Part shown: positions 23,467 to 35,195 of the stretch, in pieces
Numbering within the stretch: position 1 is the stretch's first letter
Layout: the number at the start of each line of letters is the position of its first letter
Origin: Polyangiales bacterium
GTDB lineage: Bacteria > Myxococcota_A > Polyangia > Polyangiales > JADJQN01
DNA length: 64,000 bases
Direction of reading: 5' to 3'
NCBI GenBank assembly: GCA_964202905.1
Contig: CAXNJO010000001.1
Location: 896,001-960,000, forward strand
Notes under the pieces: model-generated
What the model saw: only the letters and a program-made list of their open reading frames with translations
What the model was told of the DNA's origin: nothing
The model's database searches: none
Program-made: the position numbers and the translations under genes

Positions 23467-25002
23467 ATGCTGATGAAGATTCGGACGGCCTGCAGGGGGA
23501 TGATCTCGCTCGCGCTCGTCGCGGCGTGTGTGTTCGGATGCGAGGACACGGCCCCGAGCGTGGAGCTGCTCGTGCAGACCGACCTCGCCCCGGGGGTCGA
23601 CTTCCACCTCGCGGAGGTCGCGCCCATCGCGCCGATCTTCGGGAGCGGTGAGCGCGTGCTGCCCGGCGCGGAGGTGCGGGTGCTTCGCGACGACGACTTT
23701 CGCAACGGACGCTCGGTCGCCGTGTTTGGCGACGTCGCGGCGGGTCTCCGCTATTTTCGCGCGCGCCTCCGCCGGGAAGACGGCACGCTCGTCGTCGAGA
23801 ATCGCGTCGCGGTGCGTGTCGCGGACGGCATCACGCGGGCGCGCGTCGTCCTCGACCGTGACTGTGTCGGGGTCGAGTGTCCGGTCGCGGGAGGGAGCGC
23901 GGCGCTGCTCGCCTGTGTCGGTGGGCGTTGCGTCGATCCCGCGCGCTGCGACCCGAGCGCGGAGCCGCCGCGGCTCGACTGCGACGGCGAGTCGGCCGAC
24001 CCCGCGGCGCCGCCGGCCCTGTGTGACGACGCCCGTCCGTGCCCCGACGCCCTGCTCGAGTGCGGCCGCCGCTACGAGTGCGATCCGGGGACGCGGACGT
24101 GTCGTGTGAGCGAGACGGATCTGTGTCGCGACGAGGAGGTGTGTGCGCTGCGAGAAGGCTGCGTCGCGCGGCGCGAGGATCGGTTTTCGGATGCAGGACC
24201 GATCGACGGTGGCGTGTCGGACGCCGGTCCCGCGGACGCGGGGAGTCCGGATGGTGGCGAGTCGGACGCCGGCCCGGACGACGCGGGTTCCGATGCGGGG
24301 GCGCCGGACGCCGGTCCGATGTGCTCGCCGGTGGATCGGTGGGAGTCCGCGTCGGGGCTGCTGCCGGATGAAGCGGGATGGGGTGTTCAGCGCGCCGGGA
24401 CGGGGTTTGCGCTCATGGTTGCGGGCACCGCGCGCATCGACACCCGGGCGGACATCGGCGACAGTTTCGCCTGGGACAAGTCGTACGAGAGCGTGACCGA
24501 CCGGTGGCGCATCCGGGGTCGAGGCCGCGTCCTCTTCGAGGAGGCGACTGACGTGAATCGGGGGGTCATCTGGGTCGTGGCACGTCGGGGGAGGGATGTG
24601 GTCTATTTCACGCTCACGCAGAGGGCGGATCCGGGGATGAATCAGGTGGCCTTTTCGGGCGCCGACGGAACCACCACCTTCATCGCCACCTCCGATACGT
24701 CGCTCCTGTGTCCGGGCGCGACGACCCGCACCTATGGATTCGACTTCGAGCTCGACGTCAACTGGGCTGTCAGCGGAGAGGGAGCGCGGACGGCGACGGC
24801 CGTCGTCACCAGCGATGATCCCTGTCGCCCGCTTCCCGATGGGACGATCCCTGCGCCACGCCGGACGGTGGTGTCCGCGCCGATTCAGGTAGAGCCCGGC
24901 TCGGTGCCAGGCGGCGTGGTCCGCTTCGGCGATCAGACCGCGCGGGCGTCGGGGGTCTCCGAGTGGGACTCCTTCGAGGTCGAAGCGCGTCGCTGTCCGT
25001 GA
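23467..25002 (+). CDS. Cys-rich lipoprotein with DAG linker and C-terminal beta-sandwich-like domain
   Basis: LALVAACVFGC lipobox, VQTDLAPG, Cys-rich middle region, DAG repeats. Confidence 0.75.
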   Translation: MLMKIRTACRGMISLALVAACVFGCEDTAPSVELLVQTDLAPGVDFHLAEVAPIAPIFGSGERVLPGAEVRVLRDDDFRNGRSVAVFGDVAAGLRYFRARLRREDGTLVVENRVAVRVADGITRARVVLDRDCVGVECPVAGGSAALLACVGGRCVDPARCDPSAEPPRLDCDGESADPAAPPALCDDARPCPDALLECGRRYECDPGTRTCRVSETDLCRDEEVCALREGCVARREDRFSDAGPIDGGVSDAGPADAGSPDGGESDAGPDDAGSDAGAPDAGPMCSPVDRWESASGLLPDEAGWGVQRAGTGFALMVAGTARIDTRADIGDSFAWDKSYESVTDRWRIRGRGRVLFEEATDVNRGVIWVVARRGRDVVYFTLTQRADPGMNQVAFSGADGTTTFIATSDTSLLCPGATTRTYGFDFELDVNWAVSGEGARTATAVVTSDDPCRPLPDGTIPAPRRTVVSAPIQVEPGSVPGGVVRFGDQTARASGVSEWDSFEVEARRCP

Positions 25003-25621
25003 TCGAGCGCCACGCGGCGCCGAGCAGGCGGATCAGCGCGTGACGAGCGAACTGGCGAGCGTGGTGTGGAGGGTGTCGCAGATCGACCCCTCCTGACCCA
25101 TCGCGCAGACGTGGCGGCCGCCGGTGCAGTATGTGTCGCTGTCTTCGTAGGTACCCGACAAGCACCCCGCGACCTCGCAGGCCGCGAGGTCCACCATCGT
25201 GTCTTGCGGGAGCGGGTCCGGGATGCTCGCGAGTCGTGTGAGCGGCACGCGCAGGCAGGTGCGATGTCCGGCGAAGAGCGCGCCGGAGTCCGTGCGAATC
25301 CGCCACACGGCGAGCACGTTGTCGCAAATGGCATCCTCGCAGAGCTCGAGACGGACGTTCACCGGCCGTGCGAGGTCGTCCGCGACGACGACGGATATCG
25401 GCAGATGGCGCCCCGGCTCGGTGGGGAGCGCCACGGTCGGTGTCGTGGGCAGTCCCACCCAGTCCCCGCCGACGTCGATTCCGACGAGTGCGCTCGCCCG
25501 TGCATGCCGGGCGGTGCCACCCCCTTGCACGGCGCTCCCGGCGGGCGGCAGCTCCACGTAGAGCTCGAGAATCGCATTCTCCGTGCAGCCCGCGGCCGCG
25601 CCGCCGAGGAGCACGGCGGCG

Positions 25622-27054
25622 CATAGATGGCCGGTTAACAAAAAACTGAACGAGTTCGATCGGTTGCGTCCTCGCTGCCGAACCAGGTTGCGGGTCGCGC
25701 GGGGACCTGACCTTCTCCGCCACCATGGACGGAGCCGAACTTCAGGATTTGCTGCGGACCCTGCTTCCGGACGAGGTGCTGCTGGAGGTCGCGACCGCGA
25801 CGGGCTTCCACCAGCGCGACCGGAAGCGCGACGCGCTGACGTTTCTGCGCACGATGCTGGTGTCGGCGTCGAGCCCCTCGGGCGGACGCCAGGCCGACAT
25901 GATGCGGCAGTACTTCGAGGCGGGCGCGCCGAGGATCGCTCGCGGCTCGTTCTACGACTGGTTCGGGCCACCGCTCGAGAAGGCGACCGCGGAGCTCGCG
26001 CAGATCGCGCTCTCGTTCGCGCGAGCCCAGGAGGTGGATCTCCCCGGTGTGCTCGGCGGCGTGCGTGACTGGCGCATCGTCGACAGCACGACGGTGAAGC
26101 TCCATCCCGCGCTGCAGGCCGTGTATCCCGGCGCGGGTGACTACGCCGCGGTGAAGGTTCACAAGACGGTCTCGGTCGGCTGCGGCACGGTCGTCGACTA
26201 CCACTTCAGTCCCGCGCGCGAACACGACTCGACCCATCTCACGATCGACGAGAGCTGGCGCGGGATGGGGCTCCTGGTCGACCTCGGCTACGCAAGCTTC
26301 GAGCGCCTGCGACGGTGCCAGGAGTTCGGCGTGAAAGTGGTTGTTCGGCTCAAGCACAACTGGAAGCCGAAGGTCACCAGAGTCGCCCGCGCCGACCTCA
26401 AGAAGACCTTCGTGCCAGGGACCGATCTCGACCTCTTCCTCGATGACGTCTTCCTCGAAGTCGGCAACGTCATCGACGTCGACGTCACCCTCGGGGGCGA
26501 CGCGCTCCCGATGCGACTCGTCGGCGTGCTCGCGCCTACCAAAGGTCATCGCTTCTACCTGACGAACCTGCCGCGCTCGGTCGGCCCGCACTCGGTGGCC
26601 GACCTCTACCGCGTGCGCTGGGAGGTCGAGAGCAGCAACAAACTCGACAAGTCGAATCTGCGACTCGACGAGATCGACGCGCAGCGCCCTGCGGCCGTGA
26701 ACGCGCTGCTGCACGCCTCCATGATCGCGTCGGTCCTGATCGGCTCGATCGTCCACCGACACAACCTGGCGCATCGGCCCGCCGCAGGTCCGCGGAACGA
26801 GGCACCGCTGCACCACCGGCTCGTTGCGCTCATGGTCGCGCAATGTGCCTACCGCATCGCGTGTGCGTTCCACCTCGAGGGCGAAGCCGCCGCCCGTGAG
26901 TGGGAACACCTCGCCGCCGTGATCGTGCACGTGGGAAAGGACCCGAACTGGAGGAGCAAGCCATCGATTCTCGATCAACTCCGCGGCTGGAAGGCCCCCG
27001 CCCGCGCGAAGAACAAGCTTTCTCGAAGGCGCGCGCTTTAACCGATCACTCATG
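25622..27054 (+). mobile_element. Complete IS4-family insertion sequence (1433 bp)
   Basis: Imperfect 17-bp terminal inverted repeats CATAGATGGCCGGTTAA / CATGAGTGATCGGTTAA; direct repeat CACGGCGGCG at 25612-25621 and 27055-27064. Confidence 0.93.
25725..27041 (+). CDS. IS4-family DDE transposase
   Basis: IVDST, VDLGY, YLTNL, and the YREK signature [12 protein letters not shown]. Confidence 0.95.
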   Translation: MDGAELQDLLRTLLPDEVLLEVATATGFHQRDRKRDALTFLRTMLVSASSPSGGRQADMMRQYFEAGAPRIARGSFYDWFGPPLEKATAELAQIALSFARAQEVDLPGVLGGVRDWRIVDSTTVKLHPALQAVYPGAGDYAAVKVHKTVSVGCGTVVDYHFSPAREHDSTHLTIDESWRGMGLLVDLGYASFERLRRCQEFGVKVVVRLKHNWKPKVTRVARADLKKTFVPGTDLDLFLDDVFLEVGNVIDVDVTLGGDALPMRLVGVLAPTKGHRFYLTNLPRSVGPHSVADLYRVRWEVESSNKLDKSNLRLDEIDAQRPAAVNALLHASMIASVLIGSIVHRHNLAHRPAAGPRNEAPLHHRLVALMVAQCAYRIACAFHLEGEAAAREWEHLAAVIVHVGKDPNWRSKPSILDQLRGWKAPARAKNKLSRRRAL

Positions 27055-27154
27055 CACGGCGGCGAATGCGGATGCGGCAGGACCCAGCGGGTGGCGATGA
27101 CGGCGCGACGGGGACGACATGTGGCGTGAGTGTCCGGGCCCCCGGCCTGCGCCG

Positions 27155-28561
27155 TCAATCCTCGTTCGGTGTCGGGATGTCGTCGGTGTCGAGGTCCTCG
27201 GACTCGAGTTCTCCGTCCGAGGCGGACGACCCCGTCCGCTTCAGGATGCGCTGAATGTCGCGGCGGTTCGTGCCGGCGAGCTCGGCCGCCCGCGTGACGT
27301 TGCCGCCCGTTCGCGCGAGCGCGTGCTCGACGTAACGCCGCTGAAACGTCTCGATCCAGCGCTCCTGCGCGACCGAGAGGGGGAGTTCGAGGAGGTCGGC
27401 GGGCACGTCGGTGGTGCTCGCGGCGGCCGGCGCGCGCGGCCCGGTTCGAAAAGGCCCGAGCAGCAGCTCCCGCTGCACGATGTTGCGGAGTTCGCGCACG
27501 TTTCCTGGGAAATCGTGGTGCACGAGGCGGGCGGCGAGCGCAGCGAGGGTGGATGGTTCGGGCCGGGGCCGCAGCGCCGCCGCGAAGCGGTCGACGAGCG
27601 CGGGGATGTCCTCGCGGCGCGTGCGCAAGGGCGGAATCTCCACGACCGCGACGGCGAGCCGGTAATAGAGGTCTTCGCGGAAGCGTCCCGCGTTGACCTC
27701 GGCGTCGAGGGGGCGGTGGGTCGCCGCGATCACGCGCACATCGACCGATCGGAGCCGTGTCTGGCCGACGCGCGCGACGCGTCGCGACTCGAGGACACGC
27801 AGCAGCTTGGGCTGCATCGCGAGCGGCAGTTCGCCGAGTTCGTCGAGGAAGATCGTCCCGCCGTCGGCCTCTTCGAACGCGCCCGGCGCGTCGGCGTTGG
27901 CGCCCGTGAACGCTCCCTTGACGTGCCCGAAGAGCGTCGATTCGACGAGGGTCGGCGCGATGGCCCCGCAGTCGACGACGACGAACGGGCCGTCCGCGCG
28001 GCCCGACCGCGCGTGAATGGCTTCTGCGACGAGCTCCTTGCCCGTGCCCGTCTCACCCTGAACGAGCACGGTGACGTCGGTGTTCGCCACGCGCTCGAGC
28101 AGGGCGAACATCCGGCGCATTTCGACGCTCGTTCCAAGCAGCGATCCGAAGCTCGCGTGCGGCGAGATCGGCACGTCGATGGCTTCGTCGACCACGTCCA
28201 CCACGAGGACCGTGCGGCCGATCCGGATACGCGTACCTGGTGAGAGGCGTATGCGGTAGACGCGGAGGTCACCGACCCAGGTGCCGTTTCGCGACTCGAG
28301 GTCCTCGAGGATCGGACCGGACTGCGTGAGCGAGATGCGCGCATGGTGGCGCGACACCGTCGGATCCTCGAGGAGAAGGTCGCTCCGGGGGCTCGAGCCG
28401 ATCTGCATCGGCCGCCCCTGGATGCGCAGCGACGCGCCGGCGTCCGGGCCTTCGATCACGTCGATGCGCAGGGCGGGAAGTCGCAGCGCCTGCCGACGAC
28501 CGTCGAGGACCGTCCCCTCCTCGTGGAGCCGATCGAAGCCGCGCCGCGCGTCTGCCGCCAT
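27155..28561 (-). CDS. FHA-domain sigma54-dependent enhancer-binding protein
   Basis: FHA (VSRHHA, SRNGTW), [41 protein letters not shown]-terminal HTH. Confidence 0.95.
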   Translation of the reverse strand: MAADARRGFDRLHEEGTVLDGRRQALRLPALRIDVIEGPDAGASLRIQGRPMQIGSSPRSDLLLEDPTVSRHHARISLTQSGPILEDLESRNGTWVGDLRVYRIRLSPGTRIRIGRTVLVVDVVDEAIDVPISPHASFGSLLGTSVEMRRMFALLERVANTDVTVLVQGETGTGKELVAEAIHARSGRADGPFVVVDCGAIAPTLVESTLFGHVKGAFTGANADAPGAFEEADGGTIFLDELGELPLAMQPKLLRVLESRRVARVGQTRLRSVDVRVIAATHRPLDAEVNAGRFREDLYYRLAVAVVEIPPLRTRREDIPALVDRFAAALRPRPEPSTLAALAARLVHHDFPGNVRELRNIVQRELLLGPFRTGPRAPAAASTTDVPADLLELPLSVAQERWIETFQRRYVEHALARTGGNVTRAAELAGTNRRDIQRILKRTGSSASDGELESEDLDTDDIPTPNED

Positions 28562-28664
28562 GCGGGCGCAACGTTATCACGGACGTGTGTTCCGGGGCCC
28601 CGCGGCGTCTCGCCGCCGAGAGCCCTCGACGCCCCGCGCTTCATCCCGAACATTGACGCGGGCG

Positions 28665-30644
28665 ATGCCAGGCGAGACGACGCAGGACGAGGCCCCGACA
28701 CCCGTCTCCGTGCGCTTCGCGATCGCGCGCCCGCCCTTCTTCGAGGGGGCGATCCGCACGGTCGCGACCTCGTTCGTCGCGCTGCTGGTCGTGCTCGCGC
28801 TCGACGCGCGCGGCGTCGAGGCGCTGCTCGCGCCGGGCGAGGCGCGCTCCATCGTGCTCGGCGGGTTCGCGCTGGTGTTCGGGCTCGCGTTGTGGCGCCT
28901 GCTCACGCGCCCGCGGGGCGACCTCGCCGTGGAGCTCGGTCCCTCGGCGCTCGAGCTCCCCCGCACGGTGTCTTCGCGCCGCACGGTGACGGTGCCCTAC
29001 GAGGAGATCCGTGACCTCGAGGTGCGTGGCGGTCCGCGCGGCGGCCTCCTGCTCATCGACACGCTGCGCGGCTTGCGCGTGCTGCCGCTCGCGCGCTTTC
29101 GCGACGCGACGGCCGCGGCCGCGCTGCCCCGCGCCGTGCGGGACCGCCTCCTCGCCCGCCCCGGGGGGCGCGCGCAGCTCGGGGAGATCGTGCAGCGCCG
29201 CCGGCACGCCGAGGCGCTCTCCACGCGCCGCGCCCGCGTGACCATCGCGGTGCTCGCGGTCCTCGTGCTCGCCTTCGTGCTCGAGCTGCGTACCGGGGCG
29301 CTCGACGACGCGGGCACCCTCGGGCTCCTGCAGCTCGGCGCGAGCGCGCCCGCGCTGGTGCGCGAGGGCGCGGTGTGGCGGCTCTTCACCGCGAACCTCC
29401 TGCACGGCGGCTTCCTGCACGCGATCATGAACGGCGCCGCGTTGCTCTCGCTCGGCGGGCTGCTCGAGCGCTGGCTCGGCGGTGCGCGCTTCACGTTCGT
29501 GCTGCTCGTCTCGTGCGTGGGCGGCTCGCTCGCTTCGGCGCTCGCCGCGCAGGCGCTCTTTTCCGTCGGCGTCTCGACGGGCCTCTTCGGCCTGCTCGGC
29601 GCGCTCGCCTTCGTGCACCTGCGGCACCGCGCCGTGCTGCCGGCCGGCTTTCGGCAGTCGCGCCTCTGGTGGCTGGTCATCCTCGGCCTGAACTTCAGCC
29701 TGCCGCTCGTGGTGCCCGTGATCGACGGGACGGGGCACGCGGGCGGGTTCGTGACGGGCTTCCTCGCGACCGCGCTCGTCGACCGCGGGATGCGCCCCGA
29801 CACGCCGGGCAGCGCCTGGCTCGCGCGGCTGCTCGCCTTCGTGACGGCGGGCGCCTTCGCCGTCTCCGTGGGCGTCGCCGTCGCGCACGGCAGCTCGCCC
29901 CGCGCGAACGCGCGCGACCTCGTGACGATCGCGCGCGCGCTGCTCGCGCGGCCCGTCGCATCCCCCGCGGAAGCCGAGCCGCTCAACGTCGTCGCGTGGA
30001 CGCTCGCGATCGGCCGCGACACGCCCGCCGACGCCTGGCCTCTGCTGCGCCGCCTGGCCGATCTCGCGGTGCGGCACGCGCTGCCCGAGGCGCGCAGCGA
30101 CTACCTCGACACGCGCGCCACCGTCTCCTATCGCCTCGGCCGCACGCAGCCCGCCGAGTACGACGAGGCGGTGCGGATCGAGCTGCAGGCGCTCGCGGCG
30201 GCGCCCGGTCCGGCGGTGCTGCCGCCCGAGTGGCGCGCCCGCCAGCAGCGCGCGTACGCGACGCAGCTCGCGCGTTTCCTCGATGCGCGGCACGCCGTCG
30301 CGGGGCCGATCGCCGTCGCCGCCGACCCGCGCCGCGTCACGGTGGCGCTCGAGCGCGAGGGCGTGCGCGCGCGGCACGAGGGGCGCGGCGAGGTGCTCGT
30401 GCATGCGGTCGTGCTCTCGGGCGGGGCCATCGCCGGGCTCGTCGAGGTCTGCGCGCACCCCGCGGGGGCGGCCGCGTCGCCCGAGGAGGTGGACCGCGCG
30501 CTCGCGCCCGCCGGCACCGACTCGCTGCTCCACAGCAAGCTCGTGATCGCCCGCGTCGACGGACGCCCCGATGCGTGCCGCGTCAGCCGCGTGCTCGCCT
30601 CGCCGCTCGTGGCCGCCGACGACGCGATCCTCGCGTATCCGTAG
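28665..30644 (+). CDS. Rhomboid-family intramembrane serine protease with N- and C-terminal extensions
   Basis: WRLFTANLLHGGFLHAIMN, GVSTGLFG (catalytic Ser), HAGGFVTG (catalytic His); TPR-like YLDTRA segment. Confidence 0.9.
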   Translation: MPGETTQDEAPTPVSVRFAIARPPFFEGAIRTVATSFVALLVVLALDARGVEALLAPGEARSIVLGGFALVFGLALWRLLTRPRGDLAVELGPSALELPRTVSSRRTVTVPYEEIRDLEVRGGPRGGLLLIDTLRGLRVLPLARFRDATAAAALPRAVRDRLLARPGGRAQLGEIVQRRRHAEALSTRRARVTIAVLAVLVLAFVLELRTGALDDAGTLGLLQLGASAPALVREGAVWRLFTANLLHGGFLHAIMNGAALLSLGGLLERWLGGARFTFVLLVSCVGGSLASALAAQALFSVGVSTGLFGLLGALAFVHLRHRAVLPAGFRQSRLWWLVILGLNFSLPLVVPVIDGTGHAGGFVTGFLATALVDRGMRPDTPGSAWLARLLAFVTAGAFAVSVGVAVAHGSSPRANARDLVTIARALLARPVASPAEAEPLNVVAWTLAIGRDTPADAWPLLRRLADLAVRHALPEARSDYLDTRATVSYRLGRTQPAEYDEAVRIELQALAAAPGPAVLPPEWRARQQRAYATQLARFLDARHAVAGPIAVAADPRRVTVALEREGVRARHEGRGEVLVHAVVLSGGAIAGLVEVCAHPAGAAASPEEVDRALAPAGTDSLLHSKLVIARVDGRPDACRVSRVLASPLVAADDAILAYP

Positions 30645-30715
30645 CGCCCGCCGCGCACGCGCTGCGCGTGGTTGCGCTGCGCGTCGCGTCTGCGCCGGGG
30701 GCGCCGTGCGGCAAA

Positions 30716-30761
30716 GTGTAAAGTGTTACTTGACACCCGACGCGTGGCCCCCCCATAACCT
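30716..30761 (+). promoter_or_regulatory. Promoter with a 9-3-9 palindromic operator overlapping the -35
   Basis: GTGTAAAGT-GTT-ACTTGACAC (30716-30736, one mismatch); TTGACA at 30730-30735; CATAAC/TAACCT -10 candidates at 30754-30761. Confidence 0.7.
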
Positions 30762-30766
30762 GCGTC

Positions 30767-32023
30767 GTGCAACCGATCGACTTCGTGTCCCCGGGCAGCG
30801 CCCTCCGCCGGCTCCGCGGCGCGCTCGCGCAGGCCCGTCGCGACCTGACGATGTTGTCCAGCTCGCTCCGCGGCGAGCTGCCGCCGGCGACGGTCGCGCG
30901 TGACCCGCGCCCGCGCCACGCCGCGCCTGCCGTCCGCGCGCCCGCGGCGGTCCCGGCCGACGCGCGCAGCCTCCGCGTCACGCGCGTCGTGCCGGAGACG
31001 TCGGACGCCGTCTCGCTGCACCTCGAGGACGTCTCCGGCGCACCGCTGCGCTTCGAGGCGGGGCAGTTCCTCACGTTCCTGCTCGAGGTCGGCGGCGACA
31101 CGCTGCGCCGCTCGTACTCGCTGTCGTCGTCGCCGCTCGACGGTCCGGGCGCGACGATCACCGTCAAGCGCATCGAGGGCGGGCGCGCCTCGACGTGGCT
31201 CAACGCCCACGCGCGCGAGGGGATGACGCTCACCGCGCTCGGGCCGCAGGGCGCGTTCGTGCTGCCGCCGCGCGACGCGCGTGGCCCGCGCGACGTCGTG
31301 CTCTTCGCGGGGGGCAGCGGCATCACGCCCTGCCTCTCGATCGCGCGCACCGTCCTCCGCGCCGATCCGGAGGCGCACGTCTCCCTCACCTACGGCAGCC
31401 GCACCGCAGACGGCATCCTCTTCCGCGACGCGCTCGCGCAGCTCCGCGCCGAGCACGGCGCGCGCTTCACGGTGCGTCTGCGGGTCGAGCAGCCGGGCGG
31501 CGTGTCGTCCGCGGGCGAACACGTCGAGCTCGGGCGCGTGGACCGGGAGGCGGTCGCGGCGACGCTCGCGCCACGCGCGACGGGGGCTGATGCGACGCGG
31601 CGCGACCTCTTCGTGTGTGGCCCGGCGCCGATGATGGAGGGCGTCTGCGCGGAGCTCGAGGCCCAGGGCGTGCCGACCGAGCGCGTGCACGTCGAGCGCT
31701 TCACGAGCCCCGAGAGTCCGCGCGCGGGCCGCGCCGAGCTGCCACCTCAACAGGTGGTCATCGCGTTCGAGGGCCGCACGCACGTGCTTCGCACCGAGCG
31801 CGGGCAGACGATCCTCGACGCGGCGAACGCCGCAGGCGTGCCGGTGCCCTTCTCGTGCGCGGTGGGTGGCTGCGGCGCGTGCAAGGCGCGCCTCGTCACC
31901 GGCACTGTGGACGTCGAGACGCCCAACTGTCTCACGCGCGACGAGCGCGCCGCCGGCTACGTGCTCACCTGCGTCGGCCGCGCGACGAGCGCGTGCAGCC
32001 TGCGCGTCGAGGCGTCCTCGTGA
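30767..32023 (+). CDS. FAD/NAD(P)H-binding oxidoreductase with C-terminal 2Fe-2S ferredoxin (PaaE-like)
   Basis: GQFL, RSYSL, AGGSGITP, CGPAPMM, ERF, FSCAVGGCGAC...LTC. Confidence 0.95.
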   Translation: MQPIDFVSPGSALRRLRGALAQARRDLTMLSSSLRGELPPATVARDPRPRHAAPAVRAPAAVPADARSLRVTRVVPETSDAVSLHLEDVSGAPLRFEAGQFLTFLLEVGGDTLRRSYSLSSSPLDGPGATITVKRIEGGRASTWLNAHAREGMTLTALGPQGAFVLPPRDARGPRDVVLFAGGSGITPCLSIARTVLRADPEAHVSLTYGSRTADGILFRDALAQLRAEHGARFTVRLRVEQPGGVSSAGEHVELGRVDREAVAATLAPRATGADATRRDLFVCGPAPMMEGVCAELEAQGVPTERVHVERFTSPESPRAGRAELPPQQVVIAFEGRTHVLRTERGQTILDAANAAGVPVPFSCAVGGCGACKARLVTGTVDVETPNCLTRDERAAGYVLTCVGRATSACSLRVEASS

Positions 32024-32874
32024 CGGCGGCCGCGCCCGGATCGCGCCGCACCACCGTGCGCCGCACCGTGTCCCGCGTCGCTGCGCCTGCCGCCGCGAAG
32101 GGCGCGAACGCGCCGCGTGTCGCGAAGGGCGCGAACGCGCTGAGGCGTCCCACGGCCGCTGCGCACCCCTACAAGATGAAGGAGCTCTGCGAGCTCACGG
32201 GGCTGCCGCGGCAGGTCATCCACTTCTACATCCAGCAGGGGCTCGTGCCGGGTGGCGTGAAGACGGGCCGCAACATGGCGTATTACGGCCCGCAGCACGT
32301 CGAGCGCCTCCAGCTCGTGCGGCAGCTCCAGCACGAGCGCTTCCTGCCGCTCAAGGCGATCAAGGCCCTGCTCGACGGGCAGGAGGAGTCCTTCACCTCG
32401 TCGCAGCGCGTGATGCTGCTCGGCGTCAAGGAGCGCCTCGAGCACACGCTCGTCCGCGAGGAGGGGCGCGAGCCCGGCGCGCAGACCATCGCCATCGACG
32501 ACCTGCTCGCGCGCACGGGCGTCCCGCGCGAGGACCTCGACCGCGCGGTCGAGCTCGGCTTCGTCGCGACGCGCGAGATCGGCGGGCGCGAGGTGATGGC
32601 CGCGGACCAGTCGTGGCTCCTCGAGGTCTGGGGCGAGCTGCGCGCCGCGGGCGTCTCGCGCGAGCTCGGCTTCGTCGTCGACGACCTCGCCATCTACGAG
32701 GAGGCGATCGGCACGCTCTTCACGCACGAGGTGATGCTCGTCGCGTCGCGCGTGCAGAACCTGCCGCCCGAGCGCGTCGCGACGCTGCTCGAGCGCGCGC
32801 TCCCGCTCGTCCACACGCTGCTCATCCGCTACCACGCCATGCGCGTGCGCCAGTTCTTCCAGACGCTTCGATAG
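32020..32874 (+). CDS. MerR-family transcriptional regulator
   Basis: YKMKELCELTGLPRQVIHFYIQQGLV...TGRNMAYY...HVERL...LPLKAIK; start may instead be ATG 32176. Confidence 0.9.
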   Translation: MTAAAPGSRRTTVRRTVSRVAAPAAAKGANAPRVAKGANALRRPTAAAHPYKMKELCELTGLPRQVIHFYIQQGLVPGGVKTGRNMAYYGPQHVERLQLVRQLQHERFLPLKAIKALLDGQEESFTSSQRVMLLGVKERLEHTLVREEGREPGAQTIAIDDLLARTGVPREDLDRAVELGFVATREIGGREVMAADQSWLLEVWGELRAAGVSRELGFVVDDLAIYEEAIGTLFTHEVMLVASRVQNLPPERVATLLERALPLVHTLLIRYHAMRVRQFFQTLR

Positions 32875-32975
32875 GGATTCCCGTTCGTACCGCGAATCCA
32901 ACGCATCGCATCGCAGAATACGATTCTCATCCCGCTGTGAATCCCGTCCACGAACCGCAGCCCAGAGGTCCGACC

Positions 32976-34181
<1,206 letters not shown>

Positions 34182-34216
34182 GCACCATCCCCCGGTCGAC
34201 GCGCGGAGGAGGCGAC

Positions 34217-35182
34217 ATGGATACCGAGCGGATGCTCGCGCTCTGCCGGCGCGATCAATGGGATATCGAGGACCTCGATTGGAGCCTCGCGCCGCGCACG
34301 CTCTCGCGCGAGCACGAGCTCGCCGTCTGCCAGTACTTCACGGACATGGCCGGCATCGAGCGGCTCGCGGGCGCGCTCTTCGCGGTGCAGCGCGATCAGG
34401 CGCGCGACGAGACCCTCCGCGCGATCTTCGCGACCTTCGTCGAGGACGAGGCGCGGCACGCGGAGGTCGCGCTGCGCCTCGCCCGCCATTACGACGTGCA
34501 TGGGTATCGTCGCTACGAGACGAATCCCCATCTCGTGCGCTTCAGCAGACATTTCATCGAGGCTGCGCGCACCGCGTCTCCCGACATCGCCAATGCCTAC
34601 ATCACGACGGGTGAGCTGCTGCTCGACATCGCGCTCCTGCGCTCGCTCGACGAGTTCGTCGACGACGCGATGAGCCACGCGGCGATGCGGCTCATCAACC
34701 GCGACGAGTCGCGGCACATCGCGGTCGACTACCACATGGCCGAGTACTACGCGTCGGCCGACTACGACGCGTGGCTCGCCGCGCAGCCGCGCCGGGGCCT
34801 GCGCGCGCAGGTGCAGAGCACGCTCGCGCTCGCGGGTTTTCTGCGGCACGCGCAGCCCTTCTTCCGCGACGTGTTCTTCCGCCCGATGGCGCTCGTCGAT
34901 CCGAGCGGCACGCGGCTGATCGACGCCTTCAAGCGCGTGCAGCTGCTCGGCCGCAAGCAGGGCACCGGGCCGCGGCGGCCGTTCACGCGCTTCGTGCAGA
35001 CGCTGCAGGCCCTCTTCGAGAACCCGCTCACGCGGCCGCTCTTCGGCAGGCTCGTCGAGCGTGTCCTCGGCGTCGATCCGCGCGTGATCCACACGCTCTA
35101 CACGCCCGACGAGCTCGCGCGCACGCAGCGGATCAGCTTCGCCGCGCTCGCGGCCGAGGCGCTCGCGCTCAAGCTCGCGTAG
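34217..35182 (+). CDS. Second ferritin-like diiron protein
   Basis: QWDIEDLDW, IE, DEARH, GE, DESRH; GGAGG RBS. Confidence 0.88.
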   Translation: MDTERMLALCRRDQWDIEDLDWSLAPRTLSREHELAVCQYFTDMAGIERLAGALFAVQRDQARDETLRAIFATFVEDEARHAEVALRLARHYDVHGYRRYETNPHLVRFSRHFIEAARTASPDIANAYITTGELLLDIALLRSLDEFVDDAMSHAAMRLINRDESRHIAVDYHMAEYYASADYDAWLAAQPRRGLRAQVQSTLALAGFLRHAQPFFRDVFFRPMALVDPSGTRLIDAFKRVQLLGRKQGTGPRRPFTRFVQTLQALFENPLTRPLFGRLVERVLGVDPRVIHTLYTPDELARTQRISFAALAAEALALKLA

Positions 35183-35195
35183 GCTCGCCGCCGTC

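Larger units (their letters stand above)
25033..27120 (-). pseudogene. Lipoprotein gene interrupted by IS4 in its signal peptide (27120-27055 + 25611-25033)
   Basis: Removing the IS and one target copy restores an in-frame MSSPSRRHRHPLGPAASAFAAVLLGGAAAGC-TENAILELYVELPP. Confidence 0.88.

Noticed and set aside
32095..32140. 21-bp duplication (AKGANA x2) at the 5' end of the MerR gene
   Set aside because: Short slippage duplication in a region that may be untranslated; no evidence of function
32020..32874. CarH/CarA-type B12-dependent regulator, given the nearby riboswitch
   Set aside because: No cobalamin-binding ExHxxG Rossmann domain visible; the C-terminus looks like a second HTH/helical region
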